A DNA stretch of 59,737 nt, counting the filler. It is 5 parts of 5 records of this genome, joined end to end, with 100 filler letters (N's around TTAATTAATTAA, not from the genome) between each part and the next. Parts side by side here need not be neighbours in the genome. Positions count along the whole stretch, not along the records: positions 1 to 31,957 come from SRR20825019_3029; 4 more parts are not named here. One strand, 5' to 3'. The notes under the pieces are model-generated. The model made no database searches. It was not told the DNA's origin and worked only from the letters and a program-made list of their open reading frames with translations. Shown here one piece after another: positions 9,750-18,813 of this stretch (positions are counted from its first letter, which is position 1; each line of letters starts with the position of its first letter). The translations under genes were made by a program, and so were the position numbers.

Positions 9750-10148
9750 ATGAAACGATTTCGAAAAACTCACTTTCTCTATTTTGTAAATGCGCTCGCT
9801 TTGTGCCTTGCATCATTTTTTACAAAGAGTAGTTTAGACATCTCGCTTCATGACACCTATTTTGTTATTCGCACTTCACACGTTCTCCTCCTTTTAGCGA
9901 TTCCATTTATTGTTTTCGGTATAATAACTATGGTTATGTCGACAATCAACAGGCCTCTCAATGTATGGCTTTCGCTTTTCCATTATTTCATCACTTCTAT
10001 TGGTTTGGTCTATATATGCTTCCTAACAGCTTATCCAATATCTTCAACAAACGAATGGATCGCAATTGTACTCATTTTCATAACCTTAGCCCAAATTCTA
10101 TTCATCGTCAACGTAATTCGAAGTCTAGTGATGAAGCGAAAAAAATAA
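9750..10148 (+). CDS. Small membrane protein resembling helices X-XII of heme-copper oxidase subunit I
   Basis: DISLHDTYFVIRTSH matches COX1 DxxLHDTYxVVAHFH; HYFITSIG and AQILFIVN match the following helices. Confidence 0.65.
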   Translation: MKRFRKTHFLYFVNALALCLASFFTKSSLDISLHDTYFVIRTSHVLLLLAIPFIVFGIITMVMSTINRPLNVWLSLFHYFITSIGLVYICFLTAYPISSTNEWIAIVLIFITLAQILFIVNVIRSLVMKRKK

Positions 10149-10176
10149 CTGCGCCTTTTTTATATCTTTAATCGCT

Positions 10177-11655
10177 ATGAACCAAGCTGAAAGTCGAAGA
10201 AAAATTATCAAGCAACTTATGCTCGGTGGTTTTGGGATTTATCTAGTTGGATGCTCGTCTCCTGAAACAAAAAACACGGTTGTTGAGCCAATTCCAGACA
10301 AAAAACCAGACGAACCAGAAAAAGAGATCGCGCCTGTAATTCCAAATGTGACTTATTTCAAAAAGGACAATGAAGAATTTGGAGCACTTGCCGAATACTT
10401 CAGTCTACATTCTCTCAAAGTTCCGCTCATTATTGCTCTCGTAGAAAACGAATTGGGCGTTGCCGAGGCCATTGCCTTTGCTAAAGAAAATAACTTGCCA
10501 GTTTCAGTAAAAAGTGGCGGACATAGCTTTGAAGGATTTTCTTCCAATAATGGCGGCTTAGTGATCAATCTGAGCTTGTTAAAATCGAAAGCATGGGATG
10601 GAAATAAACTCACCGTTGGACCGGCTGTTCTACTCAAAGAATTGTACGATGAAACGCTTCCAAAAGGGCGAATTGTTCCTGCCGGCTCCTGCGGAACGGT
10701 GGGAATTGGAGGTTTAGCACTTGGTGGAGGATACGGCTTTTTCGCACGGAAATATGGACTCACCTGCGACAACCTCATCGCGGCAACACTCGTAGATGGA
10801 AATGGAAAAATACATTCGCTTTCTGGAAAAGACGAGGGTTTGTGGGCACTGAGAGGAGGAGGAAACGGAAATTTTGGTGTAGTCACATCCATGACGTTTC
10901 AAACACATCCTGCACCGAAACATTTCGACTTTTATCGTTTTAAAGCCTATAAATTAGACGGCGAAAGAGCGCAATCCATTTTAGAAGCGTGGTTTTCATT
11001 AACCGCAGAATTGCCGAATAGCTGTTTTTCTGCGTTTGTTCTTAACGGGAGCTCACTCACCATATTAATCACCAACTTTGAAGGAGAAAGCGACGTATTA
11101 TCCTCAGCAATAGCTGGACTAACGAAAATCACCGACAAGCAGACCAAAGGCGTTGCGACCGATGTTGCGAAGCAGTTACAAAATTATTATGGTGTTCAGC
11201 ATCCGATTTATTTCAAAAATGCCTCAGCGGGATATTATCAAACTTTTTCGGACATTGAAGGCTGCATTTCTGAAGTGGTTCAGAAAGTGACCTCAACACC
11301 GGGGCTGATCTATCAAGTCAACACGCTTGGTGGGAAAATCAACGATGGTAATTTTTCACAAGCATCCTGTTATCCTCATCGTGAGTTTGGTTATCTAAGT
11401 GAATTACAATCCTATTGGAACGAAGGACAAAACACTAAACGCGATAATTACCTCCGAATTTTTGAAGAAATCCAAACGCTCTTTTTTGAAAATGGGAACC
11501 GTAGACAATATCGTAACTATCCGAGTATTGGTTTTAAACACTGGGAAGAAGCCTATTTCGATGAAAATTATGAGCGCCTTCAATGGATTAAGAAAAAATA
11601 CGATCCGCAGAATATCATTCGCCATCCGCAAAGTGTACGATTAAAATCCACCTAA
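10177..11655 (+). CDS. FAD-linked oxidoreductase, berberine-bridge-enzyme (BBE)/VAO family, Tat lipoprotein
   Basis: SRRKII twin-Arg plus LVGC lipobox; KSGGHS, GSCGTVGIGGLALGGG, WALRGGGNGNFGVVT; BBE tail YRNY...YF.ENYERL...KKKYDP.N. Confidence 0.92.
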   Translation: MNQAESRRKIIKQLMLGGFGIYLVGCSSPETKNTVVEPIPDKKPDEPEKEIAPVIPNVTYFKKDNEEFGALAEYFSLHSLKVPLIIALVENELGVAEAIAFAKENNLPVSVKSGGHSFEGFSSNNGGLVINLSLLKSKAWDGNKLTVGPAVLLKELYDETLPKGRIVPAGSCGTVGIGGLALGGGYGFFARKYGLTCDNLIAATLVDGNGKIHSLSGKDEGLWALRGGGNGNFGVVTSMTFQTHPAPKHFDFYRFKAYKLDGERAQSILEAWFSLTAELPNSCFSAFVLNGSSLTILITNFEGESDVLSSAIAGLTKITDKQTKGVATDVAKQLQNYYGVQHPIYFKNASAGYYQTFSDIEGCISEVVQKVTSTPGLIYQVNTLGGKINDGNFSQASCYPHREFGYLSELQSYWNEGQNTKRDNYLRIFEEIQTLFFENGNRRQYRNYPSIGFKHWEEAYFDENYERLQWIKKKYDPQNIIRHPQSVRLKST

Positions 11656-11664
11656 TATGCTGCG

Positions 11665-12501
11665 CTAATTCTTCACAAAAGGAACTACTTTTTCGCTGCC
11701 AGTTTTATCGCGAACAGTAATAAAATACATTCCCGCATCTCCCGATAGCGTGTAGTTGACTTCTGATAAACCGTTCACAGTAAACTGGTCCATTGATCTT
11801 CCTTGTGCATCACTGATTTTAACCTCGGCAAAATCAACTAGCTCACTAAAATGGATTCTAAAATCACCATTTGATGGATTTGGGTACACTTTTACATTTC
11901 TATCTAGCGAATATTCTGCTTCGCCAACCAAAGGAGAATTACTCGCTTGCACACAAACATCATCTACCATCCATGCGAATCCTGGTGCTCCTTCATAAAA
12001 GAAACCAATGGTTATAGTAGATGCCCCAGATGCTACAGCAGAAATATCAACCAACATCATCTCTGGATTTGCAGTTGTTGCTCCTGAAATCATATTATCG
12101 TGCACAGGGAAATGAGTCCATGTAGAACCTCCGTCAACTGAAGCTTGAACCCAACAGAATCCAGCGTCGTGCTTGTAATATGATTCAAAACAAACGTAGA
12201 CAAACGGGTACCCTGTTGCATCAGCGTTCCCTGTCATCGTAATGGACGCCAATTGGTCTGCTCCAGAAGTCGCTACAAATTCCGAATCAAACAAGGCAAA
12301 ATCTCCTCCAGAAGTTGAACTAATCACACCCATTAGTTGCGAATTCGATCCTTGAGGTCCCGTAGATGTGACCACCCAACTTCCATTAGTACCAGGATTG
12401 GCAATATAACTTCCTGGGGCAGAAAAATCGGTTTGGAACACAGTAACTTGAGCTGAAACTGCAAAAGTCAATAGGGTAAATAAGAGTAAAGTTGATTTCA
12501 T
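11665..12501 (-). CDS. T9SS type-A sorting domain protein (adhesin/MAM-like beta-sandwich)
   Basis: Signal peptide; SVDGGSTW and WMVDDV; C-terminal VYPNPSNG...GMYFITV. Confidence 0.8.
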   Translation of the reverse strand: MKSTLLLFTLLTFAVSAQVTVFQTDFSAPGSYIANPGTNGSWVVTSTGPQGSNSQLMGVISSTSGGDFALFDSEFVATSGADQLASITMTGNADATGYPFVYVCFESYYKHDAGFCWVQASVDGGSTWTHFPVHDNMISGATTANPEMMLVDISAVASGASTITIGFFYEGAPGFAWMVDDVCVQASNSPLVGEAEYSLDRNVKVYPNPSNGDFRIHFSELVDFAEVKISDAQGRSMDQFTVNGLSEVNYTLSGDAGMYFITVRDKTGSEKVVPFVKN

Positions 12502-12655
12502 ATTTTAACTATTTTTCAGTTTAAAGCCCTAGTTACTAAACTCTCTACAAAATAATACTGATTAAATTAATCATATAAGAATTGTACACATGGAGTTATT
12601 AATAATATCGGTAAGGCTCTGTATTGACTATTAAACAAATGTCTACTTTTAAACT

Positions 12656-12940
12656 ATGAAGAAAATGCTTCCATTATTAAAAAACAAATTTTTTATAACA
12701 TTCGCGGCGTTTGTTATTTATGGAGCATTCTTGGACGAATACGATGTTTTCACAATTATCAGTCATCGCAATAAATTGACAAAGCTTGAAAAAGCCAAAG
12801 TGATGATGTCGGAAGATTTAGTTGAAACGAAAGAAATCCTCAGTAAACTAAAGTATCGATCGGAAGTTGAACGATATGCGCGAGAAAAGAAGTTTTTCAA
12901 AAAAGACGACGAGGATATTTTTGTAATTTCTTACGAATAG
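12656..12940 (+). CDS. ftsB: Septum formation initiator FtsB/DivIC family
   Basis: KNKFF + single TM + coiled coil + ERYAREKKFFKKDDEDIF. Confidence 0.8.
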   Translation: MKKMLPLLKNKFFITFAAFVIYGAFLDEYDVFTIISHRNKLTKLEKAKVMMSEDLVETKEILSKLKYRSEVERYAREKKFFKKDDEDIFVISYE

Positions 12941-12952
12941 TAATTTTTTCTA

Positions 12953-14089
12953 TTATTCAACGAGCGTTGTGATTCTCACATTCGAAAAATAAAACAAGGC
13001 AATTTGTCGATAGTTATAGTGACTCCGAGCCATTTTCATTGCTCCCTCTTGACATAAACCAACGCCATGTCCAAATCCGCGACCTTCCAATACCACATCT
13101 TGTCCTTCTGGGCGTGTGCTAAAGAATGTCGATTTAAGGTTAAATTCTTCACGTAAATCGCGCAATGGAATCCCAAGTGCCGGGTGAATATAAAACGCCT
13201 TTCGTTGTTCTTGTTCAAATCGAAAAATCATTGGGCCAATAACCGTATCGTGGATAGGAAATCCGTAGCGATCCACTAAAAATCGCCTCCATTTATCCTG
13301 TGAAACACGCGTTGTCCAAGTTGCTTGTTTTGTATGAATACAAAATGTATCTAAAAATGATTCAACATAAGGCACAGAAGTATTCCATACATGCGCGGCA
13401 TCGCAGACCTGTCCTCCACAATTGGCTGAAAAGTAAGTCGCAACCACGCGATCATTTTTGTCAACAATCACCTCGCCTTTTGTTGCTATAACAGCTTCGC
13501 GGATATCGGGTGTAAAACGCAACATATTATGATACGCTTGACAATGAACCCCGTCGCAGAGTTCAAACCCTTCCTTTTTATGTCGCGTTTGATTTTTCAG
13601 CGCATACGTCCGACTCATTAACGCTTGAACTTTATAGTACTCAAGATGCTGTCCCCCGCCACCTTCAGATTCGATCACGCCAGACAAATAATCTTCCATC
13701 GAAACAAGGTTTACAATCGCTAGTCTTCCTTCAACCACTTTAATTTCGAATGCATCTTCATACTTTCGCTCACGCGCCGCGGGTACTTTTGACTGAATAA
13801 TTATCGCTGCATCTGGCTCGTCTGATTTAACCGTGATTTTCGAAAATGTACCTTTGGCAACTGTATTGTAGGCTAGTTTTATTTTACCAGAACTAAGTTG
13901 TAATTCAATAAATTGAAATTGCTCCAATTTACCAATGAATGTAGTGTCTGCGTAAACATTGTAGGTTCCTTTGAAATGACTCAAGTTTACTCTACTCACC
14001 TTGTAGTCACGAAGCACTCCAATTCGCATTTGCTGAGCGAATGAATGACAACTAACCAAAAGAATTACTATGACTAAACTAAATTTCAC
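12953..14089 (-). CDS. SpoIID/LytB-domain peptidoglycan lytic transglycosylase
   Basis: EDYLSGVIESE, KVQALMSRTYA, LCDGVHCQAY and GRGFGHGVGLCQEGA. Confidence 0.92.
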   Translation of the reverse strand: MKFSLVIVILLVSCHSFAQQMRIGVLRDYKVSRVNLSHFKGTYNVYADTTFIGKLEQFQFIELQLSSGKIKLAYNTVAKGTFSKITVKSDEPDAAIIIQSKVPAARERKYEDAFEIKVVEGRLAIVNLVSMEDYLSGVIESEGGGGQHLEYYKVQALMSRTYALKNQTRHKKEGFELCDGVHCQAYHNMLRFTPDIREAVIATKGEVIVDKNDRVVATYFSANCGGQVCDAAHVWNTSVPYVESFLDTFCIHTKQATWTTRVSQDKWRRFLVDRYGFPIHDTVIGPMIFRFEQEQRKAFYIHPALGIPLRDLREEFNLKSTFFSTRPEGQDVVLEGRGFGHGVGLCQEGAMKMARSHYNYRQIALFYFSNVRITTLVE

Positions 14090-14131
14090 GCTCTAAATTT
14101 ACCAATCAGTTAAGTACAACAGAACCAACGT

Positions 14132-15256
14132 TTAAATACTTGTTAACAAGGATTGTGCAACTTTCATACTCGCACCACCACCGCCGAGCACTCTCTCGAG
14201 TTCTTCATAGCTTGCCAGCATCTCTTTTCGTTCCGTTCCATCCACTAAAAGCTTATCTAATTCCGCTCTAATTGCCTTTGGATTACAATCATGTTGAATT
14301 AATTCTTTCACCACTTCTCGGTCCATAATTAAATTGACCAACGAAATGAATTTCACTTTCACCAAGCGCTTTGCAATGGAATACGAAACTGCCGAACTCT
14401 TGTAGCAAACTACTTCAGGAACCTTAAACAACGCTGTTTCCAAAGTTGCCGTTCCAGACGTCACAACTGCGGCATGTGACAACGCTAAAAGTCGATACGT
14501 TTCATTAAAAATGATCTTTACTTCGTTAGAAACGATCCCACGATAAAACTCAGGATCGAGACTTGGAGCTCCCGCCACAACAACCTGGTAATCAGGATAG
14601 CTTTTTAGCGCTTCCATCATTACAGGCAACTTCTTCTTCACCTCTTGTTTTCGGCTTCCTGGCAATACCGCGATAATTGGACGATCATCCAACGCGTGCT
14701 TTTTCTTGTATGCTGCGATTTCTTCGGTTGAAAAAGAATGCTTTGCGATTTCATCTAACAGCGGATGTCCAACATACTCCACCGAATAATCGAATTGCTC
14801 ATAAAAAGGTTTCTCGAAAGGCAAAATCACAAACATCTTGTCTACAATTTTCTTGATTTTATGTACGCGTTTCTGTTTCCATGCCCACACTTGCGGTGAG
14901 ATATAATACATGACTGGAATCCCTTGCTCCTTTGCCCATTCGGCGATTCGCAAGTTAAACCCTGGATAATCGACCAAAATAAGAGCGTCAGGTTTGTAAG
15001 CCAAGATATCCTCTTTACAAAACGCAATGTTTTTGAAAATGGTTCGAAGATTAGAAACAACTTCTAAAAATCCCATGAAAGCTAAATCACGAATGTGTTT
15101 CACTAAACCGTCATGAACACCTTGCATTCTATCACCACCCCAAAATCTAAAGTCCAACTCCGCATTTTCATGCAATAATGCTTCCATTAAATTTGAGGCG
15201 TGCAAATCTCCAGAAGCCTCTCCTGCAATAATGTAGAGTTTCTTTTTTTGTGACAT
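14132..15256 (-). CDS. lpxB: Lipid-A-disaccharide synthase
   Basis: IAGEASGDLH, VDYPGFN, SPQVWAW, GHPL, LPGSR and SGTATLE. Confidence 0.97.
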   Translation of the reverse strand: MSQKKKLYIIAGEASGDLHASNLMEALLHENAELDFRFWGGDRMQGVHDGLVKHIRDLAFMGFLEVVSNLRTIFKNIAFCKEDILAYKPDALILVDYPGFNLRIAEWAKEQGIPVMYYISPQVWAWKQKRVHKIKKIVDKMFVILPFEKPFYEQFDYSVEYVGHPLLDEIAKHSFSTEEIAAYKKKHALDDRPIIAVLPGSRKQEVKKKLPVMMEALKSYPDYQVVVAGAPSLDPEFYRGIVSNEVKIIFNETYRLLALSHAAVVTSGTATLETALFKVPEVVCYKSSAVSYSIAKRLVKVKFISLVNLIMDREVVKELIQHDCNPKAIRAELDKLLVDGTERKEMLASYEELERVLGGGGASMKVAQSLLTSI

Positions 15257-15257
15257 T

Positions 15258-15563
15258 CTAGAAAAATTTGATGTAAATCACATACGGTGCAAATGCAAAT
15301 GATCCCAAAATGACTCCTCTTGCCATATTATATCGTTCTCTATTGAGAAAAAAGTAAAACCAAATCAAATTCGCTATAATCGAAATGGTAAGAATCTTGA
15401 TTCTGAATTGCGTGTTGAAGGAAAACTTACTCCAAAGTACTTCGAAATAATAATCTTGAGCCCAGGCAATAAAAAACAATACAATGGGAACAAAAACCAA
15501 TGGCGTAATTATTCCGATCGCCATTCCCTTTAAATGATCAGGGGTAAACTTTTTAGCACTCAT
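15258..15563 (-). CDS. Hypothetical 3-TM membrane protein
   Basis: Overlaps the surE stop and abuts lpxB; hydrophobic; ANL...ARGVI motif. Confidence 0.75.
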   Translation of the reverse strand: MSAKKFTPDHLKGMAIGIITPLVFVPIVLFFIAWAQDYYFEVLWSKFSFNTQFRIKILTISIIANLIWFYFFLNRERYNMARGVILGSFAFAPYVIYIKFF

Positions 15564-16324
15564 AATTTCCAGTTTTCCAATTCATTCATTACCTCGTACG
15601 CCGTCATATCAAAATGCGTGGGTACAATCGTTGCATATCCTTGTTCTATCCAAAACAGATCAGTATCCGTTCTATCTCCTTGTCCTTTAAACTCTCCAGT
15701 CAGCCAATAATACGGTCTCCCGAATTGATCTTCGCGTTTGTCAAACCTATCTTCCCAGTACGCATGTGCTTGGCGGCAAACCTTCATTCCTTTAAAATCA
15801 GATTTTTGAACATCAGGAATATTCACATTTAGGCAAACACCCGATGGAATTCCATGTTCAAGCACGTGGGAAACTGTACTTTTTACAACTTCCTTCGCAA
15901 GGTCAAAATCTGCATCCGCTCCATACGCACAAAGCGAAAAACCGATAGACGGAATTCCTTCCATTGCTCCCTCAACTGCAGCAGACATTGTACCTGAATA
16001 CAACACATTTGTCGCTGTATTTGCTCCGTGGTTTATTCCAGAAACAATTAAATCCGGCTTTTGCTTTATGATTTCCCAAACTGCTAGTTTTACACAATCT
16101 ACTGGAGTTCCAGAACAAGAATAAGCTTCACAATCTGTAAACAATTGAGAGCGATCTAGGCGCAAAGGTTCGTTTATAGTAATCGCGTGCCCCATCCCCG
16201 ATTGTGGAGAATCTGGCGCAACAACTACAATGTCTCCAAACTCTTTGACAGCATCGTATAGCGACCGAATTCCTTTAGCCGAAATACTATCATCATTTGT
16301 TACCAAAATTAATGGTCGTTTCAT
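15560..16324 (-). CDS. surE: 5'/3'-nucleotidase SurE
   Basis: ILVTNDD, VVAP...SG, GTPVDCV, SGINHGAN and YSGT. Confidence 0.97.
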   Translation of the reverse strand: MKRPLILVTNDDSISAKGIRSLYDAVKEFGDIVVVAPDSPQSGMGHAITINEPLRLDRSQLFTDCEAYSCSGTPVDCVKLAVWEIIKQKPDLIVSGINHGANTATNVLYSGTMSAAVEGAMEGIPSIGFSLCAYGADADFDLAKEVVKSTVSHVLEHGIPSGVCLNVNIPDVQKSDFKGMKVCRQAHAYWEDRFDKREDQFGRPYYWLTGEFKGQGDRTDTDLFWIEQGYATIVPTHFDMTAYEVMNELENWKL

Positions 16325-16396
16325 GCTCTTTTTCTATTACAATTTAAAGGTGCACGAAAGTAACGAAAGTTCTGAGAATCTTTGGCACATTTCCTG

Positions 16397-16425
16397 TTTG
16401 GTTTGCTCTGAATTCGCTACATTTG
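16397..16425 (+). promoter_or_regulatory. Bacteroidota promoter (-33 TTTG / -7 TACATTTG)
   Basis: TTTG at 16397-16400 and TACATTTG at 16418-16425, upstream of the DinB gene. Confidence 0.5.
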
Positions 16426-16453
16426 AAGCGAGTCAATAACTCATTATCAAAGT

Positions 16454-17044
16454 ATGAAGGGAACCATGACAACTAAAGATCTCCTCAAGATTGTTTCTGA
16501 TATCAGTCAAGAGAACATCGAACTTGTTTCAAAGTTTGTAAAAAAAATGAGTGATCATCAGTTAAATTGGAGACCAAATACGAGCGTTTGGAGTGTTACA
16601 CAGGTACTTGCTCATTTGAATGCCTATGCCAATTACTACCACCCCGTTTTCACACGAAGAATAGAGAATACGCGCTTTACATCAACAAAAGAAGAATTTT
16701 TGAGCTCACCTCTTGGTAAATCTGCATGGAAGTCCATGAAACTTGGAAATGCCAAAAATATTAAGCGAAAATTTAAAGCACAGAAAGGATATAATCCAAT
16801 GATTGATCCTGAACTAGTAACTGGAGATGAGGTAAATAAATTTCTCGCCAGCCAAAACGAAATGCTTGTAATTGCTCAAAAATCAGCTGATGTGAACTTA
16901 AAACGTGTGAAAATTCCTATTTCGATTTCAAAAATCGTACGTTTAAGATTAGGAGATGCATTGTTGTTTGTCACTTACCACAATGAACGACATCTTCAAC
17001 AAGTAATGAACTTAAGAAACCATCCAAATTTTCCTAAAAAATAA
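16454..17044 (+). CDS. DinB-family protein
   Basis: LNWRP...WSVTQVLAHL and HNERHLQQ His triad pattern. Confidence 0.85.
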   Translation: MKGTMTTKDLLKIVSDISQENIELVSKFVKKMSDHQLNWRPNTSVWSVTQVLAHLNAYANYYHPVFTRRIENTRFTSTKEEFLSSPLGKSAWKSMKLGNAKNIKRKFKAQKGYNPMIDPELVTGDEVNKFLASQNEMLVIAQKSADVNLKRVKIPISISKIVRLRLGDALLFVTYHNERHLQQVMNLRNHPNFPKK

Positions 17045-17796
17045 TGGCGAATAAGCAAGGGTATTGTTCTGTAAGCGTGGCTCCATTGAGAGCTGGAAAC
17101 AGAGATCAAACTGAAATTGTATCACAGTTATTATTTGGTGAACTTGTAGAAGTGATTGAATTGGAAATCCCATGGGCGAAAGTTACAACACTTGCCGATG
17201 GATATACTGGATTCATCGATTACAAGCACATCCAATTTTTAACAGAAAAAGAGGCACGACGTTGGCACGAAGGTCTTTCTTACCTATCGGAAAGAGAAGT
17301 CCAACTCACTACACCATGGGGAAAACAGTGGATCTGCAGAGGTTCTTCCATCCCAGAAAACGTGAAGGAATTTAACATTGGTGATGATCAATTCACTTTG
17401 GATTCTGCTGTAAAACCGAATAATTTAACCGCTTTTGAATTAGCGGAAGAATATATCAACACTCCCTATTTATGGGGTGGAAAAACACCGTATGGAATAG
17501 ATTGCTCAGGAATTACCCAAGTAATTTATCGTTTTCTTGGATTCAATCTACCCAGGGATACTGCTGAGCAAATCGAGCACGGAGTCGACGTCCCTTTTGA
17601 TGAAATTGAATCCGGAGATCTCGCCTATTTCACCAATAAACTAGGAAAAGTAACCCATGTAGGCATTGCCGATGGGAATGGAAATATAATTCATGCGAGC
17701 GGTTGTGTACGCAAAGACCAACTCACGGAGGAAGGAATAATTCACTCCACTAAAAATGAATTAACTCATACCATGTTTGTGATTAAACGACTTTAA
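17044..17796 (+). CDS. C40 (NlpC/P60) peptidase with N-terminal SH3 domain (YkfC-like)
   Basis: SQLLFGE SH3 motif; PYLWGG..GIDCSG, LPRD, HVGI and IIHAS. Confidence 0.93.
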   Translation: MANKQGYCSVSVAPLRAGNRDQTEIVSQLLFGELVEVIELEIPWAKVTTLADGYTGFIDYKHIQFLTEKEARRWHEGLSYLSEREVQLTTPWGKQWICRGSSIPENVKEFNIGDDQFTLDSAVKPNNLTAFELAEEYINTPYLWGGKTPYGIDCSGITQVIYRFLGFNLPRDTAEQIEHGVDVPFDEIESGDLAYFTNKLGKVTHVGIADGNGNIIHASGCVRKDQLTEEGIIHSTKNELTHTMFVIKRL

Positions 17797-17873
17797 TCCA
17801 TAACGTGAAATGATCAGAACTCGCCCTTTTTAACTAAAAATAAATTAATCATATTTGCATTAAATCTACTAGA

Positions 17874-18791
17874 ATGAAAATATTAATCACGGGTGGCGCA
17901 GGCTTTATCGGAAGTAACTTAGCAAAACGGCTAGTATCTGACGGCCATCAGGTTGTTGTGCTAGACTCCTTACTTCGTGGAAATAAATTAGACAAACAAA
18001 CATTTGCCAAAATTGAATTTATTAAAGGCGATGTTCGCTCCCTGGACACTGTTGTAAAAGCTTCAAGTGGCTGTGATTTAATTTTTCATTTCGCTGCAGT
18101 TCTTGGTGTTGATATTGTTGCTGACAATCCTGTTGAGACAATGGATGTGGAAGTTGTTGGAACACGAAATGTGGTAGACGCCGCGGAAATCAACAACATC
18201 AAAAAGATCATGTATGCGTCAACAAGCGGTATTTATGGTCACTCTGCGATTGAAAATGCCCTTACGGAAGAAGTACTCGTTGATCCTAGAACGTCTTATG
18301 CGATGGCGAAGCGTTACAATGAAATCTACTTGGCTTCTCACCATGAAGAAAAAGGCTTGGATGCAATTGCCTTGAGATTTTTCAACGTATATGGTGCAAA
18401 TCAAGACAATCGAATGGTAATTCCTCTTTTCTTCGAGCAAGCAATAGCTCAAGAAAACATTACTGTTTTTGGTACAGGAAAACAAACCCGCGATTTTACC
18501 TATATCGACGATACGATCGAGGCATGTGTGCGTTTAATGGACAGAAAAGGATTCCACATTGTGAATATTGCAAACGAGGCCGAATGGTGTATTATCGATG
18601 TTGCAAATGTCATTAAGGACATCACTAAGTCTTCCTCCAAAATAGTATATATTGAAGCTCCGAAGAAACGCTACGATTACGAAGTTGAACGACGCGTAGG
18701 AAGCTCCAAAAAATTGAAAGAATTAACAAGTTACAAACCGGATACCACATTAAAAGAGGGACTCCAACATATTTACAATCAAAATTACTAG
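17874..18791 (+). CDS. NAD-dependent nucleotide-sugar epimerase/dehydratase (extended SDR)
   Basis: ITGGAGFIGS, HFAA, YAMAK (YxxxK), RFFNVYG and RDFTYIDD. Confidence 0.92.
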   Translation: MKILITGGAGFIGSNLAKRLVSDGHQVVVLDSLLRGNKLDKQTFAKIEFIKGDVRSLDTVVKASSGCDLIFHFAAVLGVDIVADNPVETMDVEVVGTRNVVDAAEINNIKKIMYASTSGIYGHSAIENALTEEVLVDPRTSYAMAKRYNEIYLASHHEEKGLDAIALRFFNVYGANQDNRMVIPLFFEQAIAQENITVFGTGKQTRDFTYIDDTIEACVRLMDRKGFHIVNIANEAEWCIIDVANVIKDITKSSSKIVYIEAPKKRYDYEVERRVGSSKKLKELTSYKPDTTLKEGLQHIYNQNY

Positions 18792-18813
18792 TCAAAATTA
18801 CTAGTCAAAATTA
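18779..18813 (+). repeat. 13-bp tandem repeat (TCAAAATTACTAG x2 + TCAAAATTA)
   Basis: Directly visible; spans the epimerase stop codon to the glyA ATG. Confidence 0.9.
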
